From a virus (lineage: Duplodnaviria > Heunggongvirae > Uroviricota > Caudoviricetes), in IMG/VR virus record IMGVR_UViG_2778261064_000024: a stretch of 16,631 nucleotides of DNA. The stretch is one strand, 5' to 3'. Of this stretch, positions 1-9,139 are shown piece after piece (position 1 is the stretch's first letter; the number at the start of each line of letters is the position of its first letter). The notes beneath the pieces were generated by a model. That model was given only the letters and a program-made list of their open reading frames with translations. It had not been told where the DNA came from and ran no database searches. Position numbers and translations under genes: made by a program.

Positions 1-1164
1 TTATGCTTTCTTTGCATCCTCAAAAACCTCAGGGTGGGACAAATTTGGGACATCGTCACCCAATATGTCGTCAATTTTCCTCGCGTGCTCTGTCAAATGA
101 TTAGGTGCAAGGTGTGCGTACCTACGCACCATTTCGATAGACTCCCAGCCACCCATTTCCTGAAGTACTGACAGTGGTACACCTGACTGAATTAACCAAC
201 TGGCCCAGGTATGGCGGAGGTCATGAAAACGGAAATTTTCAATTCCTGCCCGACGACATGCTGTTAACCACGATGTGTTATAGTCCAGGCGCATCTTTCT
301 GATGCTTGGTGTCATTGTCCCGTCAGGCCTTCTGGCAGCAGTGGTATAAACAAACACCCAGCGGTGATGTTTGCCTATTTGATCACGCAACACCTTGCAG
401 GCAGTGTCATTCAGTGCGACCCCAATAGCGCGGTTTGACTTACTGTCTTCAGGGTTTACCCAGGCAACACGTCGCTGCATATCGATTTGTTGCCACTCCA
501 GATTAATAATGTTTGATCTCCTCAGGCCAGTTGCCAGTGCAAATTTAACTACAGATTTCAGGGGATCAGAACATGCATCAATGAGTCTCCTGGCTTCTTC
601 TTTTTCCAGCCATCTCACGCGTTTGTTTTTTACGGCAGGTATTTTGATTACAGGTGCTTTTTCAAGCCATTTCCAGTCTCGCTCTGCGGCGCGCAGAATA
701 GCCTTGATCATTGCCAGGTGTGTTGCTTTTGTTTGCGTGCTCACCGATTTAGGTATATAGGCTGGTGGTTCTTTCCCTTTTCTTAATGCAGCCTCCACCT
801 GCAACTTCCATCTCTCCTTTGTTTTTCGGTTATACGCTTTGCTGATAACTGAGTAGATCATTGCCTCCGATATATCCTTAATCCTTATTCCCTCGAAATG
901 CTCAATCCAGAATGCGATTCTGGATTTATCGGAATCGATGGATTTCTTGTCGGCTTTTTCCTCAAGCCATCTCAGGCAGGCTTCTTCGAAAGTGACATCT
1001 GGCATATCCCCCAGTCTGTCTACTCGCCAGAGTTCTGCTTTTCGCTTGTCGTGCAACTCCTGAGCTTGCCGCTTGTCCTTTGTGCCAAGAGACTCCTTAA
1101 TTCGCTTCCCGCCCGGGAGCGAGTACGAGGCGTACCATATTTCACCTCTGCGGAAGAGTGACAT
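1..1164 (-). CDS. int: Phage tyrosine integrase (site-specific recombinase)
   Basis: 387-aa ORF; C-terminal catalytic region reads HDLRHTWAS...VRRYAHL, consistent with the R..HxxR..Y tyrosine recombinase signature; RBS AGGAAA about 7 nt upstream of ATG; sits at the prophage end downstream of xis, exo, bet, gam. Confidence 0.9.
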   Translation of the reverse strand: MSLFRRGEIWYASYSLPGGKRIKESLGTKDKRQAQELHDKRKAELWRVDRLGDMPDVTFEEACLRWLEEKADKKSIDSDKSRIAFWIEHFEGIRIKDISEAMIYSVISKAYNRKTKERWKLQVEAALRKGKEPPAYIPKSVSTQTKATHLAMIKAILRAAERDWKWLEKAPVIKIPAVKNKRVRWLEKEEARRLIDACSDPLKSVVKFALATGLRRSNIINLEWQQIDMQRRVAWVNPEDSKSNRAIGVALNDTACKVLRDQIGKHHRWVFVYTTAARRPDGTMTPSIRKMRLDYNTSWLTACRRAGIENFRFHDLRHTWASWLIQSGVPLSVLQEMGGWESIEMVRRYAHLAPNHLTEHARKIDDILGDDVPNLSHPEVFEDAKKA

Positions 1165-1391
1165 TTTCTTTCCTCTGTTATGCCATCACCCGCGCTCACC
1201 TGGACAGTATGCAGCGGTGAATGAAGTGCTGCAATGCAGGCTTGCCGGGTTGTGAGATAAGGTGATCTTTTACCGGAAGAATTTTTTCGTGTTGCCTGTA
1301 GTCGGCCTGTTCGTATCCAGTTAACAGCTGTTGGCCTTGATATCTTGAGAAACTGACAGGCCTCTTTGAGGGTGATACTGTGTGAATCCAT
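1020..1391 (-). CDS. xis: Excisionase-like HTH DNA-binding protein; 3' end uncertain, frame overlaps int start by about 145 nt
   Basis: ATG at 1389-1391 opens a frame encoding [31 protein letters not shown], a helix-turn-helix typical of AlpA/Xis-type excisionases; located immediately upstream of int. No clear Shine-Dalgarno; the long overlap with int is unusual. Confidence 0.45.
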   Translation of the reverse strand: MDSHSITLKEACQFLKISRPTAVNWIRTGRLQATRKNSSGKRSPYLTTRQACIAALHSPLHTVQVSAGDGITEERKCHSSAEVKYGTPRTRSRAGSELRSLLAQRTSGKLRSCTTSEKQNSGE

Positions 1392-1402
1392 ATTTTTGCC
1401 AT

Positions 1403-1424
1403 TAAAAACCGCCCGAAGGCGGTT
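1403..1424 (-). terminator. Intrinsic terminator (minus strand) abutting the xis start
   Basis: On the minus strand, hairpin CCGCC-TTCG-GGCGG followed directly by TTTTTAATG; stem at plus-strand 1409-1422. Confidence 0.55.
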
Positions 1425-1425
1425 G

Positions 1426-1686
1426 TCAGTTGATTGATGTACGTCGCATTTTTCGAAGGCTGGCAATATGCATTTCCTTTTCAATTTCCGCTTTAATCAT
1501 GTGTAGTTCGTTGTGGTCGACTCGCTCAAATTCTTCATTAAATGCACCAATTGAAGTGGCTCGGGTTCTGCCGTCGAGTCTTCGGTAGATCACCTGAGTA
1601 AGAGTTACCTTGCAGATTTCCACCGGATAGTTGTTGGCATCGACGAAAGATTGCCCGCGCTGGATCAGGACGAACACCGGTAGCAT
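1426..1686 (-). CDS. Hypothetical phage protein (86 aa) between xis and exo
   Basis: Open frame in operon orientation filling the gap between exo stop and the terminator; no recognisable motif. Confidence 0.45.
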   Translation of the reverse strand: MLPVFVLIQRGQSFVDANNYPVEICKVTLTQVIYRRLDGRTRATSIGAFNEEFERVDHNELHMIKAEIEKEMHIASLRKMRRTSIN

Positions 1687-1724
1687 TCCTTAACTGTCAT
1701 ATCATTTGCACCTCGTTGCTACGG

Positions 1725-2405
1725 CTATCGCCATTGCTCCCCAAATACAAAACTAATTTCAGCCAGTGCTTCGTCCATTTTTTCGATGAACTCAGGCACC
1801 ATCTCGTCAAAACCAGCCATGTATTTTTCATCCCGCTCGACCACGACATAATGCAGGCCTTCACGCTTCATGCGCGGGTCATAGTTGGCGAAGTACCAGG
1901 CATCTTTTCGAGTCACCCACATGCTGAATTGCACCTGGGCCATGTAAGCTGATTTTATGGCCTCGAAACCACCGAGCCGGAATTTCATGAAATCCCGGGA
2001 GGTAAACGGGCATTTCAGTTCAAGGCCGTTGCCGTCACTGCATAAACCATCGGGAGAGCAGGCTGTACGCATACTTTCGTCGCGATAGATAATCGGGGAT
2101 TCAGTAACATTCACGCCGGAGGTGAACTCAAACAGGACTCTGGCGTCGTTCTCGTATTGTTTTCCCCAGGCCAGTGCTTTGGCATTAACTTCCGGAGCCA
2201 CACCGGTGCAAACCTCAGCAAGCAGGGTGTGGAAGTAGGACATTTTCATGTCAGGCCATTTCTTTCCTGAGCGGGGTTTTGCTATCACGTTGTGAACTTC
2301 TGAAGCGGTGATGACGCCGAGCCGTAATTTGTGCCACGCATCATCCCCCTGTTCGACAGCTCTCACGTCGATCCCTGTACGTTGCAGGATAATGTCCGGT
2401 GTCAT
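1725..2405 (-). CDS. exo: Lambda-type 5'-3' exonuclease (Red alpha)
   Basis: 226-aa protein starting [65 protein letters not shown], near-identical to my recollection of phage lambda Exo; start overlaps bet stop (ATGA). Confidence 0.95.
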   Translation of the reverse strand: MTPDIILQRTGIDVRAVEQGDDAWHKLRLGVITASEVHNVIAKPRSGKKWPDMKMSYFHTLLAEVCTGVAPEVNAKALAWGKQYENDARVLFEFTSGVNVTESPIIYRDESMRTACSPDGLCSDGNGLELKCPFTSRDFMKFRLGGFEAIKSAYMAQVQFSMWVTRKDAWYFANYDPRMKREGLHYVVVERDEKYMAGFDEMVPEFIEKMDEALAEISFVFGEQWR

Positions 2406-3187
2406 GCTGCTACCTTCTGCTCTGTGACTTTCTGTTTCAGGAATCCAAGAACCTTCACAGCTTCAGCCTGTGTTAGTTCTGAAGATGTGTAAATGTTGCG
2501 GCGAAAAATCTGGGAACAGAGCGGCAACAGGTCGTCATCCCACGTTTTTTCCATGGAAGTAAGAAGGGCGTTAATTTCCGACATGGTTTCTTCGTTAACC
2601 GGGGTGATGTCGCGTTCCGGCTGACGTTCTGTAGTATATGCGGTATTTTCGACAATACGCTCGGCTTCATCCTTGTCATAGATGCCAGCAAATCCGAAGG
2701 CCAGGCGAGCACACTGAATCATGGCTTTGTGCCGTAACATCCGTTTGGGATGCGACTGCCACGGTCCGGTGATTTCTCTGCCTTCGCGGGTTTTGAATGG
2801 TGCGCGGCGACATTCATCCATCCACTCGGTAACGCAGATCGGGTGATTGCGATCTTTGCGGTAAATCCGGCATGTACAGGACTCATTGTCCTGCTCAAAG
2901 TCCATGCCATCAAACTGCTGGTTTTCATTGATAATGCGGGACCAGCCATCAACGCCAACCACCGGAACGATGCCGTTCTGCTTGTCAGGGAAGGCGTAAA
3001 TTTCTTTCGTCCAGGGATTAAGGCCGTACTGGTTGGCGACGATCAACAATGCGATAAATTGCGCATCGCTGGCATCACCTTTAAATGCCGTCTGGCGAAG
3101 AGTGGTGATTAGTTCCTGTGGGTCGACAGAATCCATGCCGACACGTTCAGCCAGCTTCCCTGCCAGCGTTGCGAGTGCTGTACTCAT
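2402..3187 (-). CDS. bet: Red beta single-strand annealing protein
   Basis: 261-aa protein starting [66 protein letters not shown], matching lambda Bet from memory; sits between gam and exo as in lambda. Confidence 0.95.
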   Translation of the reverse strand: MSTALATLAGKLAERVGMDSVDPQELITTLRQTAFKGDASDAQFIALLIVANQYGLNPWTKEIYAFPDKQNGIVPVVGVDGWSRIINENQQFDGMDFEQDNESCTCRIYRKDRNHPICVTEWMDECRRAPFKTREGREITGPWQSHPKRMLRHKAMIQCARLAFGFAGIYDKDEAERIVENTAYTTERQPERDITPVNEETMSEINALLTSMEKTWDDDLLPLCSQIFRRNIYTSSELTQAEAVKVLGFLKQKVTEQKVAA

Positions 3188-3192
3188 CCGTT

Positions 3193-3489
3193 TTATACCT
3201 CTGAATCAATATTAATTTGGTGACGGGCGATGGTTTCAGCCATGTAGCGGATGTGTTCTGCCATGCGTTCCTGAAAATCGACATCGTCATCAAATGCACG
3301 GGAAATAGCTTTTTTGCTGGCCCCGTGACGTTGCAGATTATCGATGCATAGCGATTCAAACAGGTGTTGGGGCAGACCTTTTTCCAGGTCGTCTGCCAGC
3401 TCAGCTTCAGTTTCTTCACGGGCAATTTGCTGGTAGTGTCGTGCCCATGACTGCTCTTCAATGCGATCGGGGATAAGCCAGGCATTCAT
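3193..3489 (-). CDS. gam: Gam, host RecBCD nuclease inhibitor (short 98-aa form)
   Basis: 98 aa; ...[45 protein letters not shown]...MAEHIRYM closely matches lambda GamS from memory; start overlaps the stop of the upstream 690-aa ORF. Confidence 0.9.
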   Translation of the reverse strand: MNAWLIPDRIEEQSWARHYQQIAREETEAELADDLEKGLPQHLFESLCIDNLQRHGASKKAISRAFDDDVDFQERMAEHIRYMAETIARHQINIDSEV

Positions 3490-5558
3490 GATTTATCACC
3501 TTCGAAATTTTCAAGCCTGTTGGCAATCATGATGGCGATATCAGGGATTGCTGGCGCTGTGGCTATACATGCGGGGTTGGCGCACAAACCATAGACGGCG
3601 GCAATCACGAGCTGTCTTTTCCAGTCGAGAGTTACTGGCTCAGAATTGGCGTCATCGCCGGACGTATCACTGCCTGGCTCGTTCTGAACAACGGTTTCGC
3701 CCTCCTGAGCGGCATCAACAGAGTTTTCCTGAATGATCTTCTCCTCAGTTTGTGCTGAGTCTTCTCCATCAGCGGCGTCATTTTCTCCAAAAGTTTCAGC
3801 GTAAGTTTCATCTCCCATTACTGGACCACAGTCAGGGCAATGGCCGCCACCGTTCTGACTGCATGTGGTGCAAACCTTTTCCACTTCCTGTTGCATTACT
3901 GGCCCTGGCTGTTGCTCTTCTGGCCCGTTTTGTTGCGTATCCGGGCTGTTTTGTCCCGCTTCTGGGGCAATTTGTTCCACTTTGGGCTGATTCTGGTCCT
4001 CAGTGTCGCGAGTCTGGATCCCCTTCACCCACTTCGGATCAGCAGGGTTACTGATGCCTTCAACGAATTCTCCACGCGAGGCAGCCAGTAATTTGTCGGC
4101 ATCGACTGGATTTTTTGGGGGGATGTTTTCCCTGGCTTTATTGAGTTCCTCCATCAGTTCCTGGTATTTCGTTTCTACAGATGAGACATTTTCCAGTGAT
4201 TGCGTGTCCTCATTATGTTTAACTGGAATTTCTTCCACTGATTCAGGCGCTGCCTGTTCATTAGCCATTGTGTCCGATGTTTGTTGCTTTTCTTCATCGC
4301 CATGTTTTCCTTCTGCTGTTCCGCGCTGCGGCATCGGTGCTGATGAGCGACCGCAGGCAATTTCCACGATTTCCGGATCCGGGTTAGCGTGATCGGTTTC
4401 GGTCAACACTTTGTTGAGATATTCAGTCACGCGTGCCGGGATGGCCTCAATGCCGATTGGTGCTTCTTTCACGGAAGCCACCACAATGGCGCGGGAATAA
4501 TCCAGCCCACCGGGCATGGCGATAAATTTGTCGCGAAAAACAGAAAAGGGCGGCTTATTCTCTGACACGATTTCTTCAACGCGTTTTGCGTGTGCTGGGT
4601 GCAGGTTATAAATATCCACATCCATTGAACGGGCCAGAACGCCGGTGGCTACATCTCGTGCGAGTGATGTCTTATCATGTTTGAATCCTTCACCACGATC
4701 GGTAATATTTCCGCCGCCAGCGTTAGCACCGGAAGGCGTACGGGTAATGCCTGAAACATAATTTCCGTTCTGCCATTCTTTTGTCAGCAGGCCCTGATCA
4801 AGGTAGTCAGTTTTCATCCAGGTGGAAATGAACTTGTCGAATTCAGCCGGGCTGATGCGATGATTTGCAGAGTGGGGGAATGCTTTCCCTACAGATTCAG
4901 CCAGGCGACTAAGGTGATAGTTCGTCAGTTTATCCAGTTCATGATGCGCGGCGCGCACAGCAGTAAGCAGGCTCTGAAGGTAACTGTCCTCTGTGTCCAT
5001 CTCCATACGGATCACGTTATTGCGTTGTTCTGGTGTGGCATGATGCCGGTATTTTCCATCTTCATCTTTGCTGAATAAGAAGAGGTGAAGGAAGCGATGA
5101 GTAAGGCTCAGAGTGGCGACGGGAATTTCACACTCAGAACAGTCATCGTCGCTGTCCGGGGATTCGTTTTTCTCCACATCATCCGGAATAGTTCCGTCCG
5201 GGTCATCGTTGTCATCGCCAGCAGTTGTGGCATCTTCACCGTTGATGTTGTCATTGAAGGGTATAGCCATCATGGTGATGCCATCTTCCCCGCCTTTTTC
5301 ATAGCGGTTGCAGAATTCAGTATCAAACACGCCTTCCGGTGGAAGGTCATTCACGACGGGGAAATTTACGCGAACGGGTTTTTTGAAATCATCCTCGTCG
5401 TAGCCTGCATCGTCCATGGCTGCAATGCAGCGGGAAACTGCGACAGAAAGTTTTCTGGCATCAGCCCAGAAAAAACCGCCTTTGATGCCAAGGCGTTTTC
5501 TGACTTTATCGTTTTTTGCTTCGCAGTGTAGTGCAAAAGTCTGTTTATCAGCGCTCAT
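3486..5558 (-). CDS. Large acidic hypothetical protein (690 aa); possibly related to the N-terminal, non-nuclease region of RecE-like proteins (unverified)
   Basis: Uninterrupted 2073-nt frame in operon orientation, translationally coupled to gam (stop overlaps gam ATG). Long D/E-rich low-complexity tracts, Cys cluster [16 protein letters not shown] and hydrophobic C-terminus. Occupies the lambda kil/cIII/ea10 position. Confidence 0.7.
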   Translation of the reverse strand: MSADKQTFALHCEAKNDKVRKRLGIKGGFFWADARKLSVAVSRCIAAMDDAGYDEDDFKKPVRVNFPVVNDLPPEGVFDTEFCNRYEKGGEDGITMMAIPFNDNINGEDATTAGDDNDDPDGTIPDDVEKNESPDSDDDCSECEIPVATLSLTHRFLHLFLFSKDEDGKYRHHATPEQRNNVIRMEMDTEDSYLQSLLTAVRAAHHELDKLTNYHLSRLAESVGKAFPHSANHRISPAEFDKFISTWMKTDYLDQGLLTKEWQNGNYVSGITRTPSGANAGGGNITDRGEGFKHDKTSLARDVATGVLARSMDVDIYNLHPAHAKRVEEIVSENKPPFSVFRDKFIAMPGGLDYSRAIVVASVKEAPIGIEAIPARVTEYLNKVLTETDHANPDPEIVEIACGRSSAPMPQRGTAEGKHGDEEKQQTSDTMANEQAAPESVEEIPVKHNEDTQSLENVSSVETKYQELMEELNKARENIPPKNPVDADKLLAASRGEFVEGISNPADPKWVKGIQTRDTEDQNQPKVEQIAPEAGQNSPDTQQNGPEEQQPGPVMQQEVEKVCTTCSQNGGGHCPDCGPVMGDETYAETFGENDAADGEDSAQTEEKIIQENSVDAAQEGETVVQNEPGSDTSGDDANSEPVTLDWKRQLVIAAVYGLCANPACIATAPAIPDIAIMIANRLENFEGDKS

Positions 5559-5665
5559 TGTATTTAAACCTCTGGCTGGATTAGAATTAGAGGCCCTTTG
5601 TCTGATTTCTCCGAATACGGTGACGCAGGGAGAAATCCGGTAGCCTGCGCTGCCGGATTTTTATT

Positions 5666-6052
5666 TCAGTGGAAGGTTGCCTGGTTTGCTGTTTTGTGAG
5701 TTGTTTTTCCCTTTTCGTGCTGGCATTCAGAGCAGTCGCACTCAGAATTTTCTCTTGCAAATTCAAGAGCCTGCGCCAGTGTATGGATTTGTTGTGCTCC
5801 AATGTTGCTTCTGACGACTTCACATGCAGCATGAATATATGGGCTTGGTGTTTTGCCATTTAACCCACATGAAACAAAACGACTGTCCTTATATTCGTTA
5901 TTTCCAACTTCTGTAAGCACTGAAAAAGAAAATACAAAGTCGATTTTGTATTCTTTGCATATTTTACTGATGCGTTCTGCAATTTCTTTGAGTTCATTTA
6001 TTGCATCAGGACTGGTTTCGGAAAATATTTCATTTTGCGCAAGTTCTTTCAT
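5666..6052 (-). CDS. Hypothetical protein (128 aa) with C-terminal Cys/His cluster
   Basis: ORF in operon orientation within an AT-rich segment; C-terminus SECDCSECQHEKGKTTH suggests metal binding; weak SD (GGAA). Confidence 0.45.
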   Translation of the reverse strand: MKELAQNEIFSETSPDAINELKEIAERISKICKEYKIDFVFSFSVLTEVGNNEYKDSRFVSCGLNGKTPSPYIHAACEVVRSNIGAQQIHTLAQALEFARENSECDCSECQHEKGKTTHKTANQATFH

Positions 6053-6135
6053 TTTGATTTTTCCGTGATTGATAATTAATGCGGTTTTATTTCGGCTTGT
6101 CTGTTACAGATATGGAAGGTGTATTTTATTACTCG

Positions 6136-6357
6136 TCACAACGACGCTGCTTTTACGGGTAAGCCATCGCGCCCGATGAAAACTTTAATCATGCAGTCGG
6201 TAATGCATGTTTTTGTTGTGAAGTTACGAATATAGAGTTTTCTCTTTTCAATATTGTTTGCTGAAGCGATATATGTCCGACCTTCATGAAGAACATAATC
6301 GCCAGGCGTCACGCACTGACGTGGTATTTCATCAGTTCCGAAGTGATGAGCAATCAT
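6136..6357 (-). CDS. Hypothetical small protein (about 73 aa; start ambiguous, could be GTG at 6375)
   Basis: ORF in operon orientation; ATG at 6355-6357 has GGAG 6 nt upstream; AT-rich. Confidence 0.35.
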   Translation of the reverse strand: MIAHHFGTDEIPRQCVTPGDYVLHEGRTYIASANNIEKRKLYIRNFTTKTCITDCMIKVFIGRDGLPVKAASL

Positions 6358-6533
6358 AATTATCTCCATTTTCACAAATGAACTTTGTTGATGCGGTGCC
6401 TGGTGCCTCCAGGTGACGTTAACCAGTTAACAACCAACGCCGGGTCAGGGGACGATGACTTTCCGTGACATCCTGTCGGTTTAACTGTTCCGCGTGCGCA
6501 TAGCCGCATTCACCGCATCACAAAATTCACTTT

Positions 6534-6574
6534 AAAAAGGGCGGACATCAGCAATCGGCAAACCGATGTCCGCC
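6534..6574 (-). terminator. Intrinsic terminator in the leftward operon (tL-like)
   Basis: Minus strand: 10-bp GC-rich stem GGCGGACATC/GATGTCCGCC (plus 6540-6549 and 6565-6574) followed by C-TTTTT-AAA. Confidence 0.55.
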
Positions 6575-6813
6575 AAGGGCTACACACAGCAATGTTGTTA
6601 TTCACAACCGGAAGCGCACGGTCGAAGAAATCTAACGACAAGCCTTCAATGGGAAAGAGTCTTCGCCGTGCACTTTCGTGTTGTACCCTGGCTTTCAGGG
6701 TAATGTCTGTTCAGTAAACTGAGAGTGCCGGAACTTACCCGTGTCCGGCGCACGATCTCCACCTCACCCGTGGAGAACTCCTCAACTACAAACCCCGTAA
6801 GGAGAGTGAATTT

Positions 6814-7023
6814 ATGACACAAGAAGAAAAAGTGATGTTTCTGATGCGGCTGGCTGTCGATACCTACAACACACAATTCAGGGAGAAAGATATACCTCAA
6901 AAGGCAGTTCCTGCCGCGGTAGATAAGGGCGGTGCTATTGCCGTATTTTACGATGCATTTGAATCATTTTTTGATGAAAAACTCGACGCTGTTAGCGACT
7001 TCGGAACATCGAGTAATAAATAA
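6814..7023 (+). CDS. Small hypothetical protein (69 aa) on the opposite strand, convergent with the leftward operon
   Basis: AAGGAG SD 9 nt upstream of ATG; protein-like composition; followed by a plus-strand hairpin plus T-run; overlaps the 3' end of the minus-strand ORF 6992-7351 by 32 nt. Confidence 0.4.
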   Translation: MTQEEKVMFLMRLAVDTYNTQFREKDIPQKAVPAAVDKGGAIAVFYDAFESFFDEKLDAVSDFGTSSNK

Positions 7024-7351
7024 CGTTCATTACGGTTCTTAAACAACAATCAGTGGGCTTGATGTTGTTCTTTTCAAGCTCACTTGCCATCACTTCCATT
7101 ATTCTTGCACTTACACGAATTATTTGGTGGCTGTAAGCGACGCAACTATCGCTGATATTGCTGTTTATTTCTATTACTTCATTTTCACCATTAGCATCAA
7201 CTTCGGATGCGCTGTTTTCATTATCCTGTTTCAGTGCTTTTTCTGCCATCTGGATGCGTGTCAGCGTTGCGGAATTTGGGCTAAGTCGATAAACCTGTTT
7301 GGCATCTTCCAGAAGCAGGGCGATAATGTGCTTCAGTTCTGTTTCGTTCAT
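6992..7351 (-). CDS. Hypothetical protein (119 aa)
   Basis: ORF in operon orientation; ATG at 7349-7351 (MNETELK...) preceded by GGAG; the longer 126-aa frame lacks an SD. Confidence 0.45.
   Translation of the reverse strand: MNETELKHIIALLLEDAKQVYRLSPNSATLTRIQMAEKALKQDNENSASEVDANGENEVIEINSNISDSCVAYSHQIIRVSARIMEVMASELEKNNIKPTDCCLRTVMNVIYYSMFRSR
7042..7075 (+). terminator. Putative intrinsic terminator for the small plus-strand gene
   Basis: Stem AACAACAATC / GATGTTGTT (one bulge), loop AGTGGGCTT, followed by CTTTTC, starting 19 nt after the TAA stop. Confidence 0.4.
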
Positions 7352-7382
7352 AGTTAACTCCGGTAGTTGCAATTTATTAATA

Positions 7383-8096
7383 TCAGGCGGTCAGCTCTTT
7401 AAGCTTCTGAACTGCTTTATTCATTTCATCCATACAGTCGATGAATTCGTCCAGTTTAAGCTGCATTTTTCCGGCGGCCTGAAGAATTTCAAGTTTTAAG
7501 GGCGCAAGTTTTTTGTTGAATTCATCATCTTCCTGGCGTTTTTTCTCCGCAATTTCGGCGGCTTTCAGCAATTCTTCAGCCTGTTTTCTGAGTATTTCTG
7601 GTGAAGGTGAAACTGCTTTGAGGTTATTCACTTCAGGTTCCTGTTGTTGCAGAATTAATTTGTTGCATTCTCTGCGTGAGCGTTTCATTGCAGATTCGCA
7701 CTTCTTGCAATAAATGGCTCTCCCGTCACGCTTGCTGGCATCTGAATAAAAATCATTGACTGATTTTGTCTGCCCGCATCTGGTACATAATTTTGATTGA
7801 AGGTCCTTAATGATTGTGACGTTTCCTTCCCGCTTGGGATATCCATATTTTTTGTGGCGTAAAAAGGTTACTCCGTTACCAGAACCTTCTTTTCTGACCT
7901 TAAATACAATGATGCTTTCCCGTTTATCGATAAAATCGATGAGCTGGTTTCTCTCCTTTCCTGACAGTTCGGCAAATGTCTTAACTTTTTTAGTAACCTC
8001 AGTAAGGCGAACGCCGTCAGGCATTTTTTCAACGAAGTTTTTAATCTCTGCAAGCGGACGCCATAATTTTTGCGGCAAAACTGAAGGCGTGGTCAT
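7383..8096 (-). CDS. Zinc-ribbon plus coiled-coil hypothetical protein (237 aa) immediately downstream of N
   Basis: C-x2-C...17...C-x2-C motif (CTRCGQ...CKKC) and K/E-rich predicted coiled-coil C-terminus; ATG 4 nt after the N stop with GAGG upstream. Confidence 0.6.
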   Translation of the reverse strand: MTTPSVLPQKLWRPLAEIKNFVEKMPDGVRLTEVTKKVKTFAELSGKERNQLIDFIDKRESIIVFKVRKEGSGNGVTFLRHKKYGYPKREGNVTIIKDLQSKLCTRCGQTKSVNDFYSDASKRDGRAIYCKKCESAMKRSRRECNKLILQQQEPEVNNLKAVSPSPEILRKQAEELLKAAEIAEKKRQEDDEFNKKLAPLKLEILQAAGKMQLKLDEFIDCMDEMNKAVQKLKELTA

Positions 8097-8099
8097 CAA

Positions 8100-8483
8100 T
8101 CACCTCGCCGTCAGTTGTTTGGATTTCCGGTAGCCTGCCGCGTAAATGGCTACGTTTGGAAGACATACACCAGTTTCTGGTTGCTTATGTCCAAACTCAT
8201 TCGCGTACACAATGGCCGCTCGCTCCAGATTGCGTCTGTATTCTTTCTGTTGCCAGATCACGTCCTGTGCCATGAACTTAATTGGCTTAGCGTCTTCTAT
8301 GCGCTCAGGCGTTTCGTGAGTACCTTTAGCCTGAATCTGCGCTCTGCTTAGAGTAGGGCGGTGTAATACTTCTGAACTTATTGCTTCTTCGCGGGCCAGC
8401 ACGCCGTTAGCTAATGCCTTTGCCTTTAAACGCTCACGACGACGAGAACGTGAATTGCCTTTGAACTGAGTTCTGCGTGTCAT
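8100..8483 (-). CDS. N: N-type transcription antiterminator (P22/H-19B-like)
   Basis: 127 aa; N-terminal arginine-rich motif GNSRSRRRERLKAKA; C-terminus ...IYAAGYRKSKQLTAR resembles P22 N as I recall it; strong AGGAGG SD 4 nt upstream; boxB hairpin in the leader. Confidence 0.85.
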   Translation of the reverse strand: MTRRTQFKGNSRSRRRERLKAKALANGVLAREEAISSEVLHRPTLSRAQIQAKGTHETPERIEDAKPIKFMAQDVIWQQKEYRRNLERAAIVYANEFGHKQPETGVCLPNVAIYAAGYRKSKQLTAR

Positions 8484-8648
8484 ATAGACCTCCTGATGAA
8501 CTTTGGTGGTGTGGTAGGTGGGAGACCCATTTCGACCTGTTTCGGCCTACTTCAATTCGGCAATAGTCCCACAGGCCTCGCCGCTTTACGTGCGACATAT
8601 TCCCGTCCATGAACCCTTCACCACACCCCAAAGTTCACTTTGGTTATT

Positions 8649-8663
8649 GCGCTTTGTCAGCGC
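8649..8663 (-). promoter_or_regulatory. nutL boxB RNA hairpin
   Basis: Minus strand reads GCGCTGACAAAGCGC (5-bp stem, GACAA loop), identical to the P22 boxB sequence as I recall it; lies about 170 nt upstream of N. No convincing boxA found. Confidence 0.65.
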
Positions 8664-8740
8664 CGTAGATTCATATTCGAATCGTTGTATATTCACCGCC
8701 CTGGTGAGTAATACGTCCTGCTGATGACGATAATAATGAA

Positions 8741-8771
8741 CCAATAGTTCGATATTATCAAGAACTATTGG
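8741..8771. promoter_or_regulatory. Perfect 10-bp inverted repeat (CCAATAGTTC-N11-GAACTATTGG) in the presumed pL/OL region
   Basis: Read directly; overlaps a possible minus-strand promoter (TTGATA-N18-ATTATT). Unlike the OR palindromes, so the binding protein is unknown. Confidence 0.35.
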
Positions 8772-8945
8772 TACGAATTTTGGTGATTTATTAACTCTAC
8801 GAAGTATGATTCTGATATATAAGGAAATTTATTTTTGAAAATGTGGCTGATGAAGGTTATGCGGCAGGGATCAGAACTGCATGGTTTAGCGAGTTACATC
8901 AATAAATACAATGAGTTATGTTTTTTTAGGTGGGGGATCGTGAGG

Positions 8946-8972
8946 CAAAGAAAACCCGGCGCTGAGGCCGGG
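8946..8972 (-). terminator. Intrinsic terminator downstream of the cI/kinase transcription unit
   Basis: Minus strand: stem CCCGGC/GCCGGG (plus 8955-8972) followed by TTTTCTTTG. Confidence 0.5.
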
Positions 8973-9139
8973 CTAGATTTTAAAGTATTTATCTTTTAGA
9001 GATGTAGATGTAAAACTTTTCGCCTTTGAAAATTTTTTGTCATCAGAAGGGCTTATGAACTCATCTTTTTTGTAGGGAACCGCTAATGCTGCATCACGTC
9101 TGCGAGGCAGCTTGCTTACTTCCTCGCGCTTTTTCATGA

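Noticed and set aside
395..760. Plus-strand ORFs antisense to int (395-760, 898-1161, 1073-1255)
   Set aside because: Embedded antisense in a confidently identified integrase; typical spurious frames.
1196..1402. 68-aa minus-strand ORF ([13 protein letters not shown]...) as an alternative xis
   Set aside because: It overlaps the HTH-containing frame; its product has no DNA-binding motif and an odd composition. The frame starting at 1391 is preferred.
2473..3215. Multiple short ORFs on both strands inside bet/exo/gam
   Set aside because: They overlap near-identical lambda Red genes; alternative frames only.
3548..5643. Numerous plus-strand ORFs (for example 5085-5531, 4003-4392) antisense to the 690-aa gene
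   Set aside because: Low-complexity products generated by the complement of the acidic codon-rich gene; no RBS.
5635..5667. Hairpin ATCCGG-N12-CCGGAT followed by TTTTTATTT on the plus strand
   Set aside because: It would terminate a plus-strand transcript, but no credible plus-strand gene ends here; the 12-nt loop is long. It may be a weak bidirectional terminator after the 128-aa ORF, but support is insufficient.
6646..6900. 84-aa minus-strand ORF overlapping the plus-strand small gene
   Set aside because: No SD, a Cys/His/Phe-rich implausible product, and it spans the hairpin-rich leader; likely a chance frame. Not fully excluded.
8664..8700. Search for a nutL boxA (CGCTCTTTA-like) upstream of boxB
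   Set aside because: No close match on the minus strand within about 50 nt of boxB; boxA is either divergent or absent, so it is not annotated.
9101..9131. Plus-strand hairpin GCGAGG-N14-CCTCGC followed by GCTTTTT just downstream of the kinase stop
   Set aside because: The T-run is on the wrong strand for terminating the kinase transcript and no plus-strand gene is upstream; the minus-strand terminator at 8946-8972 is better supported.
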